A DNA stretch of 64,000 nucleotides from Candidatus Rariloculus sp. Lineage in GTDB: Bacteria > Pseudomonadota > Gammaproteobacteria > Steroidobacterales > Rariloculaceae. Below the pieces are notes generated by a model. It did no database searches, had not been told where the DNA came from, and saw only the letters and a program-made list of their open reading frames with translations. Numbering within the stretch: position 1 is the first letter of the stretch; each line of letters opens with the position of its first letter. The DNA is taken from the NCBI RefSeq assembly GCF_965263005.1, contig NZ_OZ253579.1:1991136-2055135 (forward strand), written 5' to 3'. The position numbers and the translations under genes were made by a program. Positions 17,852 through 29,065 of the stretch are shown one piece after another.

Positions 17852-19783
17852 GTGGCCGTTCGACTCGACGGATTCGCCGTATCCGCATTGCTCATGGCCG
17901 GTGCCGTCATGGCCTGGCCCGCGTCGAGCGCAAACGCGCAATGCGTCGATTACTCCGACGATCCGGCCGGTTGTCAGCCGAGCACGTTCGACACGCCGAT
18001 CGGCGAGATGCCGTCCGTGCGCGTCGGCCGGCGCGGCGGTCTCGATCCCATGTCGTCGGAACGTGACGCAAGAGCGGGCATTGCCCGGCTCGAACGTGAG
18101 CTTCGCCTGTTTCGTAACTTCGAGCACTTGCACTGGGTCGTGACGGTGCCCTCGGTCCGGGACGCGGCGACCGGCGCATGGCGCGGCGGCGACCTCGACG
18201 GCGCCGGTGACGCGCGCGGCCTCGGTATCGCCGGCAACTGCATATTTGTCGGTCACCGCAACGGCCCGGGCGTCACCCGTGCAATCAATATTTTCAGGAT
18301 CCAGCCCGATCCCGCGAATGTGCCTCCGGTCGAGGTCGGAGAGATACCGGTGATGGCGATCGGCAACGAAGGCTTTGACGACCGCGAGTTGCGCGCCCTC
18401 GTCTATACGCCGTCGGATGGCCGCGACCGCATGATCCTCGTGCGCAACGCGGGCACGCGCACGGTAGGCTGGCTTGAGACCTACGAGATCGACATGGAGA
18501 CCTGTCTGCCGGTCGGCAAGAGCGAAATCCAGGATTTCAACGGGCCGTCGCACGAGTTCTTTCTCTGGCACGATCCGGGCAACGCCAACCGAGTCCTCGT
18601 TTACGTCGCGATGTTCGCGGGCGGCGGCCTGCCCGAGCGATCCGATCCGTCGCTCAGGATTCCCGATGCAATTGTGCTTGCCATCACGGACGAGGAGACG
18701 GGCGCGATCCTGCCGAGTCCGCGTTTCCTGGCCGGCTTCAGCCTGCAGGAAGTCGGCGGCCCGCCGATCAACGAGCGCCCCGATGCGACCGGCCTCTTCG
18801 CCGACGGCCGTTTCGCCGATTTCAGTGCGCTCACGAACCGTTCGGAGCAGGCCGCCAACTTCCAGACCAGGCAGAACAACATGCTGCATTCGCTGTCGGT
18901 TTCCGACGACGGCGAGCGTGTCTACGCCGCGGGCGGCAATGCCGGGTTTTACGTGCTGAACTCCGAAGGCGTTGCGCTAGACACCAACGCAGACATCATC
19001 GCGGGCGAGGCGGGATGCAACCAGCGCTCCACGGTCGTCGCCGGCGGCGGCTCGATCGATGCTGCGATGCTCGCCCAGGTCGCCAACGACTGCCTGCACA
19101 TGGTCGTCAACGACGATCCGGGTCTGGCCGCCTTCCTCGCGTCGGACGCGTCGCCGGCCGCGAAGGCCGCGCGCTACCTCGTGCTCATGACGCGCTCGCG
19201 CATCGACGTGCACCCGCCTCACAACTCGCTGCCGACCGGGATTCACAGTGCCGTCTTCGTCCCGGGCCGACCGGCCCGCGTGCGCGGCAACACGAAAGCG
19301 CGGCCGGCCTACGTCTGGCTCACGGACGAGAACTTCGGCTGTCCGCTCATGCATGCAAGGATCGTATCGGTCGAAGTGGAGGCGACGCCCGTCATGATCG
19401 GCGCGTTCGCGATCCCCGACAACCGGCTCGACGAATGCCTGACGCAGGCCGACACGGAACCCGACGGCCAACCGCGGCGCCGCGTTGCTCAGCAGAACCA
19501 TAACCCGACCGTGTTCGCGAACATCGTGTTCAATGGCTGGTACGGCCACGGCATCCGCGCGATCGACATCTCGAACCCCTATACGCCGCGCGAGGTCGGG
19601 CACGCCGTGACGGTTCCGCACGGAATGGCAAGGACCTATCCGATATTCAAGGACGGACTGATCTACTGGGCCGACAACGATACGGGCCTGCACGTCGCAA
19701 GATACACGGGACCGCGCGCGGCTGAACTGCCGGGACCGGGCAGCGGGACGTACGAGAGCAACGCGACGAGCCCTCACCGGTGA
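17852..19783 (+). CDS. Secreted LVIVD-type beta-propeller repeat protein (tentative family)
   Basis: The track starts at TTG 17834. I prefer GTG 17852, which lies 5 nt after GGGGAG. The signal is VAVRLDGFAVSALLMAGAVMAWPASSANA. Repeat-like motifs include RVYAAGGNAGFYVLN and HGIRAIDISNPYTPREVGH. Confidence 0.6.
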   Translation: MAVRLDGFAVSALLMAGAVMAWPASSANAQCVDYSDDPAGCQPSTFDTPIGEMPSVRVGRRGGLDPMSSERDARAGIARLERELRLFRNFEHLHWVVTVPSVRDAATGAWRGGDLDGAGDARGLGIAGNCIFVGHRNGPGVTRAINIFRIQPDPANVPPVEVGEIPVMAIGNEGFDDRELRALVYTPSDGRDRMILVRNAGTRTVGWLETYEIDMETCLPVGKSEIQDFNGPSHEFFLWHDPGNANRVLVYVAMFAGGGLPERSDPSLRIPDAIVLAITDEETGAILPSPRFLAGFSLQEVGGPPINERPDATGLFADGRFADFSALTNRSEQAANFQTRQNNMLHSLSVSDDGERVYAAGGNAGFYVLNSEGVALDTNADIIAGEAGCNQRSTVVAGGGSIDAAMLAQVANDCLHMVVNDDPGLAAFLASDASPAAKAARYLVLMTRSRIDVHPPHNSLPTGIHSAVFVPGRPARVRGNTKARPAYVWLTDENFGCPLMHARIVSVEVEATPVMIGAFAIPDNRLDECLTQADTEPDGQPRRRVAQQNHNPTVFANIVFNGWYGHGIRAIDISNPYTPREVGHAVTVPHGMARTYPIFKDGLIYWADNDTGLHVARYTGPRAAELPGPGSGTYESNATSPHR

Positions 19784-20781
19784 GGCACGCACTGTTGACG
19801 GCGGCCGCGGTACTCGGCGTCCTTGCCGGGACCGCACGCGGCCAGGACGCGCTGCTCGCGCCGGCGGCGCCGCCATCTCCCGACGAGCGGATCGCGTACA
19901 TGTGCCCGATCCACTCCGACTATACGTCGGACATCGCGGGCCGCTGTCCGCGCGACGGCATGGCGCTCGTGCGCGCGACGCCGTTCGACGTTCGCGACTA
20001 CGGTATGGAGTTCTTCACCGAACCGCGCGTGGTCACGGCCGGCGAGAGCGCGACGCTGCGGTTCGCAATCCGCCACCCGGCCAGCGGCGAGCTCGTCCGC
20101 GAATTCGCGATGGTGCACGACCGGCGCTATCACCTGTTCGTCGTCAGCCAGGACATGGAGTACTTCGAGCACATCCATCCCGAGCAGGAAGCCGACGGGA
20201 CCTGGACGATCGATGTCACCCTGCCGCGCGACGGGTATTACAAGGTGCTGTCGGACTTCGTCCCGAGCGGCGGCACCGCGCAGTTCATCGCGCGGCCGCT
20301 CGTGACGAGGGGCTATGACGGGGACCTCGTGGACGACGGCGCACGGCTCGTGCCCGATACGATGTTGACGAAGACGGTCGGCGATCTGAGCGCGACGTTG
20401 ACGTTCGATCCGCCGACGTTCGTCGCGGGTCTTTACGGTCATCTCAACTTTCATCTGAGCGATACCGCGACGGGGGAGCCCGTCACCGACCTGCAGGCCT
20501 ATCTCGGTGCTTTCGGTCACACGTTGATCCTGAACGAGGAACTGACCGAGTACGTGCACTCGCACCCGATCGACCTGTCCGCGGGTTTCGACGAGGAAGC
20601 CGGGCCGATGCTGTTCATGATCCCGATGGGCGTCGATGCCGAGACGCTGCGCGGCGGACCCGAAGTCTCTTTCGACGGACTCATGCCGCGGGCGGGACGC
20701 TATCGCGCGTTCACCCAGTTCAGGCGTCACGACGAGATTCGCACATTCGTATTCACGTTCGAAGTTGCGGCGGCGGAGTGA
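19780..20781 (+). CDS. Secreted protein with a degenerate heavy-metal-binding domain (HMBD) and two HxHP-containing beta-sandwich-like repeats
   Basis: The GTG start overlaps the upstream stop (GTGA 19780-19783). The signal is MRHALLTAAAVLGVLAGTARG. YMCPIHSD...GRCPRDGMALV resembles the YxCPMHP...CPxCGMxL HMBD motif. Two related motifs follow: YFEHIHPE and EYVHSHPI. Confidence 0.65.
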   Translation: MRHALLTAAAVLGVLAGTARGQDALLAPAAPPSPDERIAYMCPIHSDYTSDIAGRCPRDGMALVRATPFDVRDYGMEFFTEPRVVTAGESATLRFAIRHPASGELVREFAMVHDRRYHLFVVSQDMEYFEHIHPEQEADGTWTIDVTLPRDGYYKVLSDFVPSGGTAQFIARPLVTRGYDGDLVDDGARLVPDTMLTKTVGDLSATLTFDPPTFVAGLYGHLNFHLSDTATGEPVTDLQAYLGAFGHTLILNEELTEYVHSHPIDLSAGFDEEAGPMLFMIPMGVDAETLRGGPEVSFDGLMPRAGRYRAFTQFRRHDEIRTFVFTFEVAAAE

Positions 20782-20785
20782 GGTT

Positions 20786-21943
20786 GTGGTGAGCCGATTC
20801 ACATGCGCGGCGGCCGTTTCGATGCTGGCATGTGCGGTGCTCGTGCCGGACGAGAGTCGGGCGCATGCCGCAACGACGAACACCGTGCTCTTCGATCGTG
20901 AGATCGTGCGCATCCTCAATGAGCATTGCGTCATGTGTCACGTCAGCGGCGGCCCTTCATTCGCACTCGCAAGCTATGAGGAGACCTGGGTACGGCGCCG
21001 CGCGATTCACGACGCCGTGCTGGCTGGCCGCATGCCGCTGTGGGCCGCGGTTTCAGGTTACGGAGAATTTCTGAACGGCAACGCGCTGACGCTGCGCGAG
21101 AAGCGGTTCGTCGTCTCGTGGGTCGAAGGTTTGGGACCGAGGAACGCCGGCGAGGTGTTTCTCAATGTGCTCGATCCCGACGCCGATCAGCCCGCGGCGG
21201 TTCGCGCGGAGCCGAATTTCGACGATTGGAGGCTCGGGGAACCGGATATGAGGCTCAAGCTTCCAGGTGCGACGATCGAGCCTGCGCTGCCGACCCGGGT
21301 CGTTCGGACCGCGTTCGACACGGGACTGACCGAAGCTCGTTCGATCGCGGCGCTCGAGTTCATGCCGGACGATCGGCGCTTTGCACGAGCAGCGTTTTTC
21401 TTCGTCGAGGAGTCGGGCCAATGGCTCGGGAGCTGGACGCCGTGGCATGGGTTTACGCGTTTGCCCGGCGGTCTGGCTTATCGCCTGGCAGCGGGAGCGC
21501 GGATCGTCGCGGAGATCCATTACGCGAGCGAAGAGCCGCAGCAGCTAGCGGGACAGGGCACGATCGGATTGCATTTCGCCCGCGGCGCAACGAGCGAGCC
21601 GCGCGGCCTCGTGTTCGATGCGCGCGGCGAAGCCGGCCACGGCACGGCACGGCGGCGGTATCGCGCCGAGCAGTCGCTTGCGTCCGACAGCAGGATTCTG
21701 GCGCTGCGGCCTGCAGTTGCTCGTGGGCTTGAATCCGTCGAAGTATCGGCGCGGACGCCTGACGGCGGCACCGAGATCCTGCTGCTCGCCGTCGACATCC
21801 CGGCGGACTGGCCGACGCCCTATGTCTTTGCAACGCCGGTGTTCCTGCCGCGAGGCACGCGGCTCTCGATTGTCGGGTACTTCGCCGAGACTGCCACTGC
21901 GCCACCCGCGACGCTCCGGCTCGACGTCCGTTATGCCGAGTGA
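20786..21943 (+). CDS. Secreted cytochrome-c-motif protein with a PHM/DBH-like (copper monooxygenase fold) C-terminal region
   Basis: The track ORF starts at 20636, inside the upstream gene. I place the start at GTG 20786, which lies 7 nt after GGAG and 4 nt after the upstream stop. The signal is VVSRFTCAAAVSMLACAVLV. The heme motif is NEHCVMCH, followed by ...MPLWAA...LTLREKRFVVSWVEGLGP. The downstream pattern (W.PW.G...LP.G.A..L.AG..IVAEIHY; PDG..ILLLAVDIP.DWPTPY...LPRGTRL) resembles bacterial PHM-like proteins by recall. Confidence 0.55.
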   Translation: MVSRFTCAAAVSMLACAVLVPDESRAHAATTNTVLFDREIVRILNEHCVMCHVSGGPSFALASYEETWVRRRAIHDAVLAGRMPLWAAVSGYGEFLNGNALTLREKRFVVSWVEGLGPRNAGEVFLNVLDPDADQPAAVRAEPNFDDWRLGEPDMRLKLPGATIEPALPTRVVRTAFDTGLTEARSIAALEFMPDDRRFARAAFFFVEESGQWLGSWTPWHGFTRLPGGLAYRLAAGARIVAEIHYASEEPQQLAGQGTIGLHFARGATSEPRGLVFDARGEAGHGTARRRYRAEQSLASDSRILALRPAVARGLESVEVSARTPDGGTEILLLAVDIPADWPTPYVFATPVFLPRGTRLSIVGYFAETATAPPATLRLDVRYAE

Positions 21944-22135
21944 CGGCGATGCGGGCTAAATCCTTAAATGTCAGCAGCGCTGGACAAGCGCAATGGTACG
22001 TATGCTGCGTAGACGACAGCCACACTAGGTGGTTGGGACAACACCTCAGTTCGGCTTCAAAGGAGAGTAGCTAACGCCTCCGTTCTTCCGTGATCACCCG
22101 TCTTCAGGCCTGGCGAGTCCGGTGTTCCGGTTCGC

Positions 22136-23368
22136 TCAGAACCGGCCGAGTAACCACACACGTACTGAATCCCTGTCGGGCGAGCCCGGACCGAATCCGC
22201 GGTCGAAATCTGTTCGCAGGAGTTCGATTTTCGCCGCCGCATTGCGAACGAAGAACCACGTCGCCGACAGGCCGATCAGGTCGCTGGCTCCCAACCTGTC
22301 CCGATCCAGATGCGAATAAATCAGGCGCACGCCGAGGGCGTCGGTCGGGAACAGTGCGCCGGAGAGCGTGTAGTTGCGTTCCCCTGCGGACTCTACGGAC
22401 TGGTCAATTTCGTTGGGCGAAAATTCCGGGTTCGAGGTGAAAAAAATACGGTCGCCTGGCGTGCCCAATTCCTCCGGAAACCCGACGATAACCGGGTCCG
22501 CGAAGAAAACGCGCGTCTCGATCCGGCTCGAACGAACGCTTGCTTGTACCGTCCAGGTCAGTCCGCCAGCCTCGCCGACATGACGAACCGACAGGCTGAT
22601 ATCCTTGGTATCGTCTTCCGCATCTGCTTGCGTATCGATTTGGACCGGGTCGAACGGGATGCCCAACGAGAAAGTCAGATGCGTCTGGATCGTCTCGCGT
22701 CGCGTCGTGCTCCGGAATCCCAATTCGACGGCTGTTCGCGACCCGAAGTATTTGCCCGCGAATAATTTTGAACCCTCTTGTTGCGCTTCGATTTCCGTGA
22801 ACACCTGCGGCACGTGATCGATCGTGCCTCGCTCGGCGCCAGCCCCCGCGTACCAGCCGCTGCCCGGCCACACGTATCGCCCCGACACGGCGTACTCCGA
22901 TGCGTCGATGCCAAACTCCATGGGGAAATCAGCGAGCCTCGGATTTCCGGTGTCCCCGAACAGGTCGAACACATCCGGAGGCAACATGCCACCAGTGGAT
23001 GGGTCGACACTGACGATTGCCGGAAAGAGTTCCTCACGTAATTTCGACCGCGCCACGTCGCCGGTCACGTAGCTGCTGCGATTCAGAAACGGCGCCAATT
23101 CGTAAGGACCGGCCTCGTCGTCAACCGGCGACAGGTAGTAGGTCGCTCCGAGCGATGAGTGACCCGACTCCACGACGCGCGGGGCATCGTCCTGCCGATA
23201 GCTGCCGGCAAGCTGCCAGGAGTATTCGGCGCCGGCCGCCGGTGACAGCATGACGAGACTCGCGCAAAGAATGCCTGGATAAACGAGTGTATGGACGATG
23301 GCACGATTCACGGGCGCGGCTCCTGTCGGTCGTCGTAAGGGGTTCATGGTCAAATTGTCGGCTGACAT
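22136..23368 (-). CDS. Outer-membrane beta-barrel protein (porin-like), unknown specificity
   Basis: 410-aa ORF with a signal peptide (...LCASLVMLSPAAGA), alternating beta-strand-like pattern and a C-terminal ...VRVWLLGRF ending in Phe, as is typical of OM barrels. The start could instead be ATG 23347. Confidence 0.6.
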   Translation of the reverse strand: MSADNLTMNPLRRPTGAAPVNRAIVHTLVYPGILCASLVMLSPAAGAEYSWQLAGSYRQDDAPRVVESGHSSLGATYYLSPVDDEAGPYELAPFLNRSSYVTGDVARSKLREELFPAIVSVDPSTGGMLPPDVFDLFGDTGNPRLADFPMEFGIDASEYAVSGRYVWPGSGWYAGAGAERGTIDHVPQVFTEIEAQQEGSKLFAGKYFGSRTAVELGFRSTTRRETIQTHLTFSLGIPFDPVQIDTQADAEDDTKDISLSVRHVGEAGGLTWTVQASVRSSRIETRVFFADPVIVGFPEELGTPGDRIFFTSNPEFSPNEIDQSVESAGERNYTLSGALFPTDALGVRLIYSHLDRDRLGASDLIGLSATWFFVRNAAAKIELLRTDFDRGFGPGSPDRDSVRVWLLGRF

Positions 23369-23404
23369 CGGTTAACTTGCCAATGCCACGCCGTCATGTG
23401 AGGA

Positions 23405-23869
23405 TCAGAAAATCCCAGCCTCAAGCCCGGCCGCCAGCGTCATGCCCAGTTCTCGGCATTGTCCGAGCCAGATCTCCTGGAAGTTGCCAACCATCAGCAA
23501 CGGTTCGGCCACCTGTTTCAACTTGAGGCCGGTGACGATGCGCGTGACGGCATTGACTGTGCCGGTGCCGTCATTGCCGGCCTTGACGACCAGCGCGTAG
23601 GGTTTACCGTCGACTTTGTCGAGGCAGGGATAATACGAGCGGTCGAAGAAATCCTTGAGCGCCCCGCTCATGTAGCCGAAGTTCTCAGTGGTTGCGAAAA
23701 TAACCCCGTCGGCTTCCTGCAGTTCGGCAGGGCCCGCGGCCAGCGCTTGCACCGGGCAAACATCGACCGACTCGATTGCCGGGTCCGATGCGCCGTCGAT
23801 AAGCGCATCGACGATCCTACGGACGTTGTCCGAGGGCGCATGGTAAAAAATTGCGAGTTTGGAGTGCAT
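23405..23869 (-). CDS. Flavodoxin-like fold NAD(P)H-dependent oxidoreductase
   Basis: 154-aa ORF with a flavodoxin-like pattern (KLAIFYHAPSDNV...ADGVIFATTENFGYMSGALKDFFDR). Confidence 0.7.
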   Translation of the reverse strand: MHSKLAIFYHAPSDNVRRIVDALIDGASDPAIESVDVCPVQALAAGPAELQEADGVIFATTENFGYMSGALKDFFDRSYYPCLDKVDGKPYALVVKAGNDGTGTVNAVTRIVTGLKLKQVAEPLLMVGNFQEIWLGQCRELGMTLAAGLEAGIF

Positions 23870-24248
23870 GTCTTACCAATAGCCCGAGTACTTCTTGCGT
23901 TTCATCCGACTTCCTCCTTCCTTGCTCAGAGTCTGTCAGAAATCGCTTCCTCCGTGGACCGGTTATTTGGGTGGACCCTCAGTCCCTTTCTCGTGGTTGC
24001 GGACAGCCAAGACCGCGAGTAGCGAGGCGGCCAGTGGCAAAGATCTCCATCTCCGTCCCATGACATCAAGTCTACATATGATGACCTCGTGGGCATGCTT
24101 CGAACCGCCGCCTTCGTAGAGAATCCTGAGCGACGGTTTGCGGAACGCTTTCTCGCCGTGAGCACTCATAGAGCAGCTGCCTTCCATCCCTTGGGAGCAC
24201 AGGGAAGTCTGTTCAGCGCTCCGGCCGGGGGTCCATAGCCAAGCCGTG

Positions 24249-25067
24249 TCAAGTGCTGCCGGCCGTCTCCCGGTACAGGCGGTCGAGTTCCTGATGCCGC
24301 GCGAGCGCCTGCGGTTCCAAATCTCCTTGTGCAGGAATGTCCGCCCCGAAATTGCCGTAGGCATCGACACCGTGCACCACAATGGCGGTATCCCGATCAT
24401 GCTTCGTCTGGCATATGTGCGTCGCCAGGTACTGGACGTTCAATCCGATGCGGCGCTCGTCGCTTCGGTTCGGCAGAGACGAATGCACGGTCCATCCGTG
24501 ATGAAAGGACGCCTCACCCGGAAGCAGCGGACAGTACACCGTTTGCGATTCGTCCACGCCTTCCACCGTCTGCCCCTGAAAGAGCAGGTTGGTCTTGCTG
24601 TCGACGATACGGTGATCGCGTCGGCCCGCCCGGTGGCTGCCCGGAACAAGACGCATGCAGCCGTTCGCTTCGTTGGCCGGGGACAGGGCCAGCCACATCG
24701 ATACCTGATCGTCGCCGCTCAGGCCCCAGTAGGCAAGATCCTGGTGCCAACTGACGTGGGCGGGAGTACGGGGCTCCTTGATGATGTATGTCGAGTTCCA
24801 GAGAAGAATGTTCGGCCCGATGAGGGATTCCACGATGTCGAGGACGCAGTTGTGGATTGCGAGTTCCAGGGGGGATCGCAGAATGGTGTGGACTTTGGCC
24901 TTGTAGTTCAGCGGTCCGTAGACCGCCTCCGCCTCTTCCAGCCGGCGACGATGGTGAGCCGCGTCCGTTGCGTCGATTATCCTCACGGGTGAGAGATAGC
25001 CGTCCTGCCGGTAGCGCTCGACAACGTGTGCGCGATGCCCGCTGTTGACTGATTCCGCTTGCGCCAT
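24249..25067 (-). CDS. Phytanoyl-CoA dioxygenase (PhyH) family Fe(II)/2-oxoglutarate oxygenase
   Basis: I moved the start from 25157 to ATG 25067, preceded by GGAGAG. The PhyH pattern is present (RYRQDGYL...VSWHQDLAYW...MWLALSPANEANGCMRLVPGSH...FHHGWTVHSS). Confidence 0.8.
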   Translation of the reverse strand: MAQAESVNSGHRAHVVERYRQDGYLSPVRIIDATDAAHHRRRLEEAEAVYGPLNYKAKVHTILRSPLELAIHNCVLDIVESLIGPNILLWNSTYIIKEPRTPAHVSWHQDLAYWGLSGDDQVSMWLALSPANEANGCMRLVPGSHRAGRRDHRIVDSKTNLLFQGQTVEGVDESQTVYCPLLPGEASFHHGWTVHSSLPNRSDERRIGLNVQYLATHICQTKHDRDTAIVVHGVDAYGNFGADIPAQGDLEPQALARHQELDRLYRETAGST

Positions 25068-25341
25068 GGTATCTCTCCGGTGCGTCGCGCCATGCAGCAA
25101 GTTGCACCTGGGTATCTGGGGAAGAGCGCCACGCCTGCCGGTCACCATCCACGGCACCGCTCGGGGATATACATCCCCAGACAGGCACCATGCCCTTCCC
25201 CAATGAGTGTACCTCCGCGCGCCGGCAGGGTTCCATACTCAGAGTTGTCCAACGCCACATGAGCCTGAACGCCCGGTCTGGGCGATCATTGGAGCATGAT
25301 CGTGGCACTTCAAACCGAACGCTTTCGCTCGGTCGATCAGG

Positions 25342-25500
25342 TCAGGGCCTTCCTGGATGGTATCCGTCCACCTCCCCGATCGACATCGCCTCGCCGCCCA
25401 CGCCGGCGAGCAGTGCCTGCAGCCGCCTGATTTCCTCGGCGCCGTCGTCGGCGTCGTCGCGCATCGCGAACGCGATATCGCTCCAGGCAATACCGGTCAC
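25342..25500 (-). pseudogene. Possible 5' fragment of a UPF0149/YecA-like gene
   Basis: 52-codon ORF, too short for the track: VTGIAWSDIAFAMRDDADDGAEEIRRLQALLAGVGGEAMSIGEVDGYHPGRP*. The ...EAMSIGEVDGY segment resembles the conserved N-terminal motif of that family and then ends abruptly. Confidence 0.3.
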
Positions 25501-25577
25501 GGCTTAGGCTGAAGTTCCAGAGTCTGCCGCATTGAACTCGTTGATTTTCTGGACAAATCGAGAGATACGGTGTGTCG

Positions 25578-26110
25578 CTACTGCGAACGTTCGAGACGCA
25601 CGCCGAGCAGTTTGAAGACTTCGCGCTGTAGCGCGGTGGGCCGGGTGAGGACCTCGAACGGTTCGGCGCCGGGCAGGCGCGGGACGACCCGGTTCCTGGC
25701 GATCGTCGCCAGGTCGCCGAGCAGGGTGCGGAAGCTGTGCACCGGATGTCCGTTCGCGGTGCGTTTGCGCCGGGCTTTTTCCTTGGCCGCTGCGGAGACC
25801 TGCGCCGGCGCCACGATGGACGCGCGCGCCGCCTCGGCGGCGGCCGGATCGTCGTCGTCGAACAGCAGCGGCTTGAGCCGCTCGCGCAGGTGCCATTCCA
25901 CGTAGTAGGCCAGCATGCACAGAAACACGTGCGCGCGCACCCGGTTCGCGGCGTGGTGGAAGACCGGCCGAACCTTCAGGTCCACGGTCTTGAGGCTTCG
26001 GAAGGCGCGCTCGACCGCGCTCAGGCGCTTGTAGGCGCGCACGGTTGCCGCTTGTGCTTGAGTGGAGTTGCCCGTCAAGCTGTAGTCGTTCCAATGGCAA
26101 GCGAGGACGG
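25578..26110 (-). mobile_element. IS1634-type (IS4-like DDE) transposase gene, C-terminal fragment only (inactive remnant)
   Basis: Track ORF 25578..26078, extended upstream in frame by my translation (...REAVLACHWNDYSLTGNSTQ...). It contains YKRLSAVERAFRSLKTVDLKVRPVFHHAANRVRAHVFLCMLAYYVEWHLR and ...NGHPVHSFRTLLGDLATIARN, the C-terminal pattern of IS1634-family transposases by recall. The N-terminal roughly two-thirds, with the catalytic residues, is missing. The upstream boundary is uncertain and could reach about 26175. Confidence 0.6.
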
Positions 26111-26179
26111 CCTCCCGCAGCGTCGTGGCGGTGTCGATCCTCTGGGGAAACCAGAAATAGCCGGGGTTGCCGACGTTTG

Positions 26180-26332
26180 ACCCTCCTGTCCGCCACGCGT
26201 CACGAAATTTGCGATCCCGCCCACCGCATCCGAACCGTAAATCGCGCTTGCGCCTTCCTTGCGCATCTCGATACGATCCAGCGCGTGAACTGGATCCGTT
26301 GCCGTACGGTCTATATTATCGTGTAGGACCAA
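26180..26332 (-). pseudogene. TonB-dependent receptor plug-domain fragment
   Basis: This is the first ~50 codons of track ORF 26075..26332: DNIDRTATDPVHALDRIEMRKEGASAIYGSDAVGGIANFVTRGG. It matches the plug motif of the intact neighbour (VQRMEVLRDGAAAQYGSDAIAGVLNFVLK). It has no N-terminus, and beyond about 26180 it reads into unrelated sequence. Confidence 0.5.
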
Positions 26333-26542
26333 ATGATTGTAAACTAGAAAGTATTATGTCATCGACATACTCCTATTGTGGTTTCCGGGCGTAGCGTGCC
26401 CGGCGCGTTGACTTGCTACAAGAACATTGACCGTAGCGTGGGCCGCCCATGTGGACGCGCGCATCGAGGCCGGGCGGCCCGCCTTCGCACTGTCGCGCTG
26501 GGCGTCGTACCTGACATTGTGCTGAAGACGAGGGCACTCCGA

Positions 26543-29065
<2,523 letters not shown>

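Noticed and set aside
16697-18889. 730-aa minus-strand ORF, the longest spurious ORF of the region
   Set aside because: It lies antisense to two signal-peptide-bearing genes. It is Arg/Gly/Asp-rich with no motifs. Such long open antisense frames are expected at this GC content.
23870-24248. Lower-GC 379-bp gap with a possible 68-codon minus-strand ORF (MSAHGEKAFRKPSLRILYEGGGSKHAHEVIICRLDVMGRRW...)
   Set aside because: It has no SD, no recognisable family and atypical composition, so there is not enough evidence to call a gene.
25504-26196. 230-aa minus-strand ORF overlapping the transposase fragment in another frame
   Set aside because: It is an Arg/Pro/Gly-rich shadow frame. The frame giving the IS1634-type C-terminal motifs is the meaningful one.
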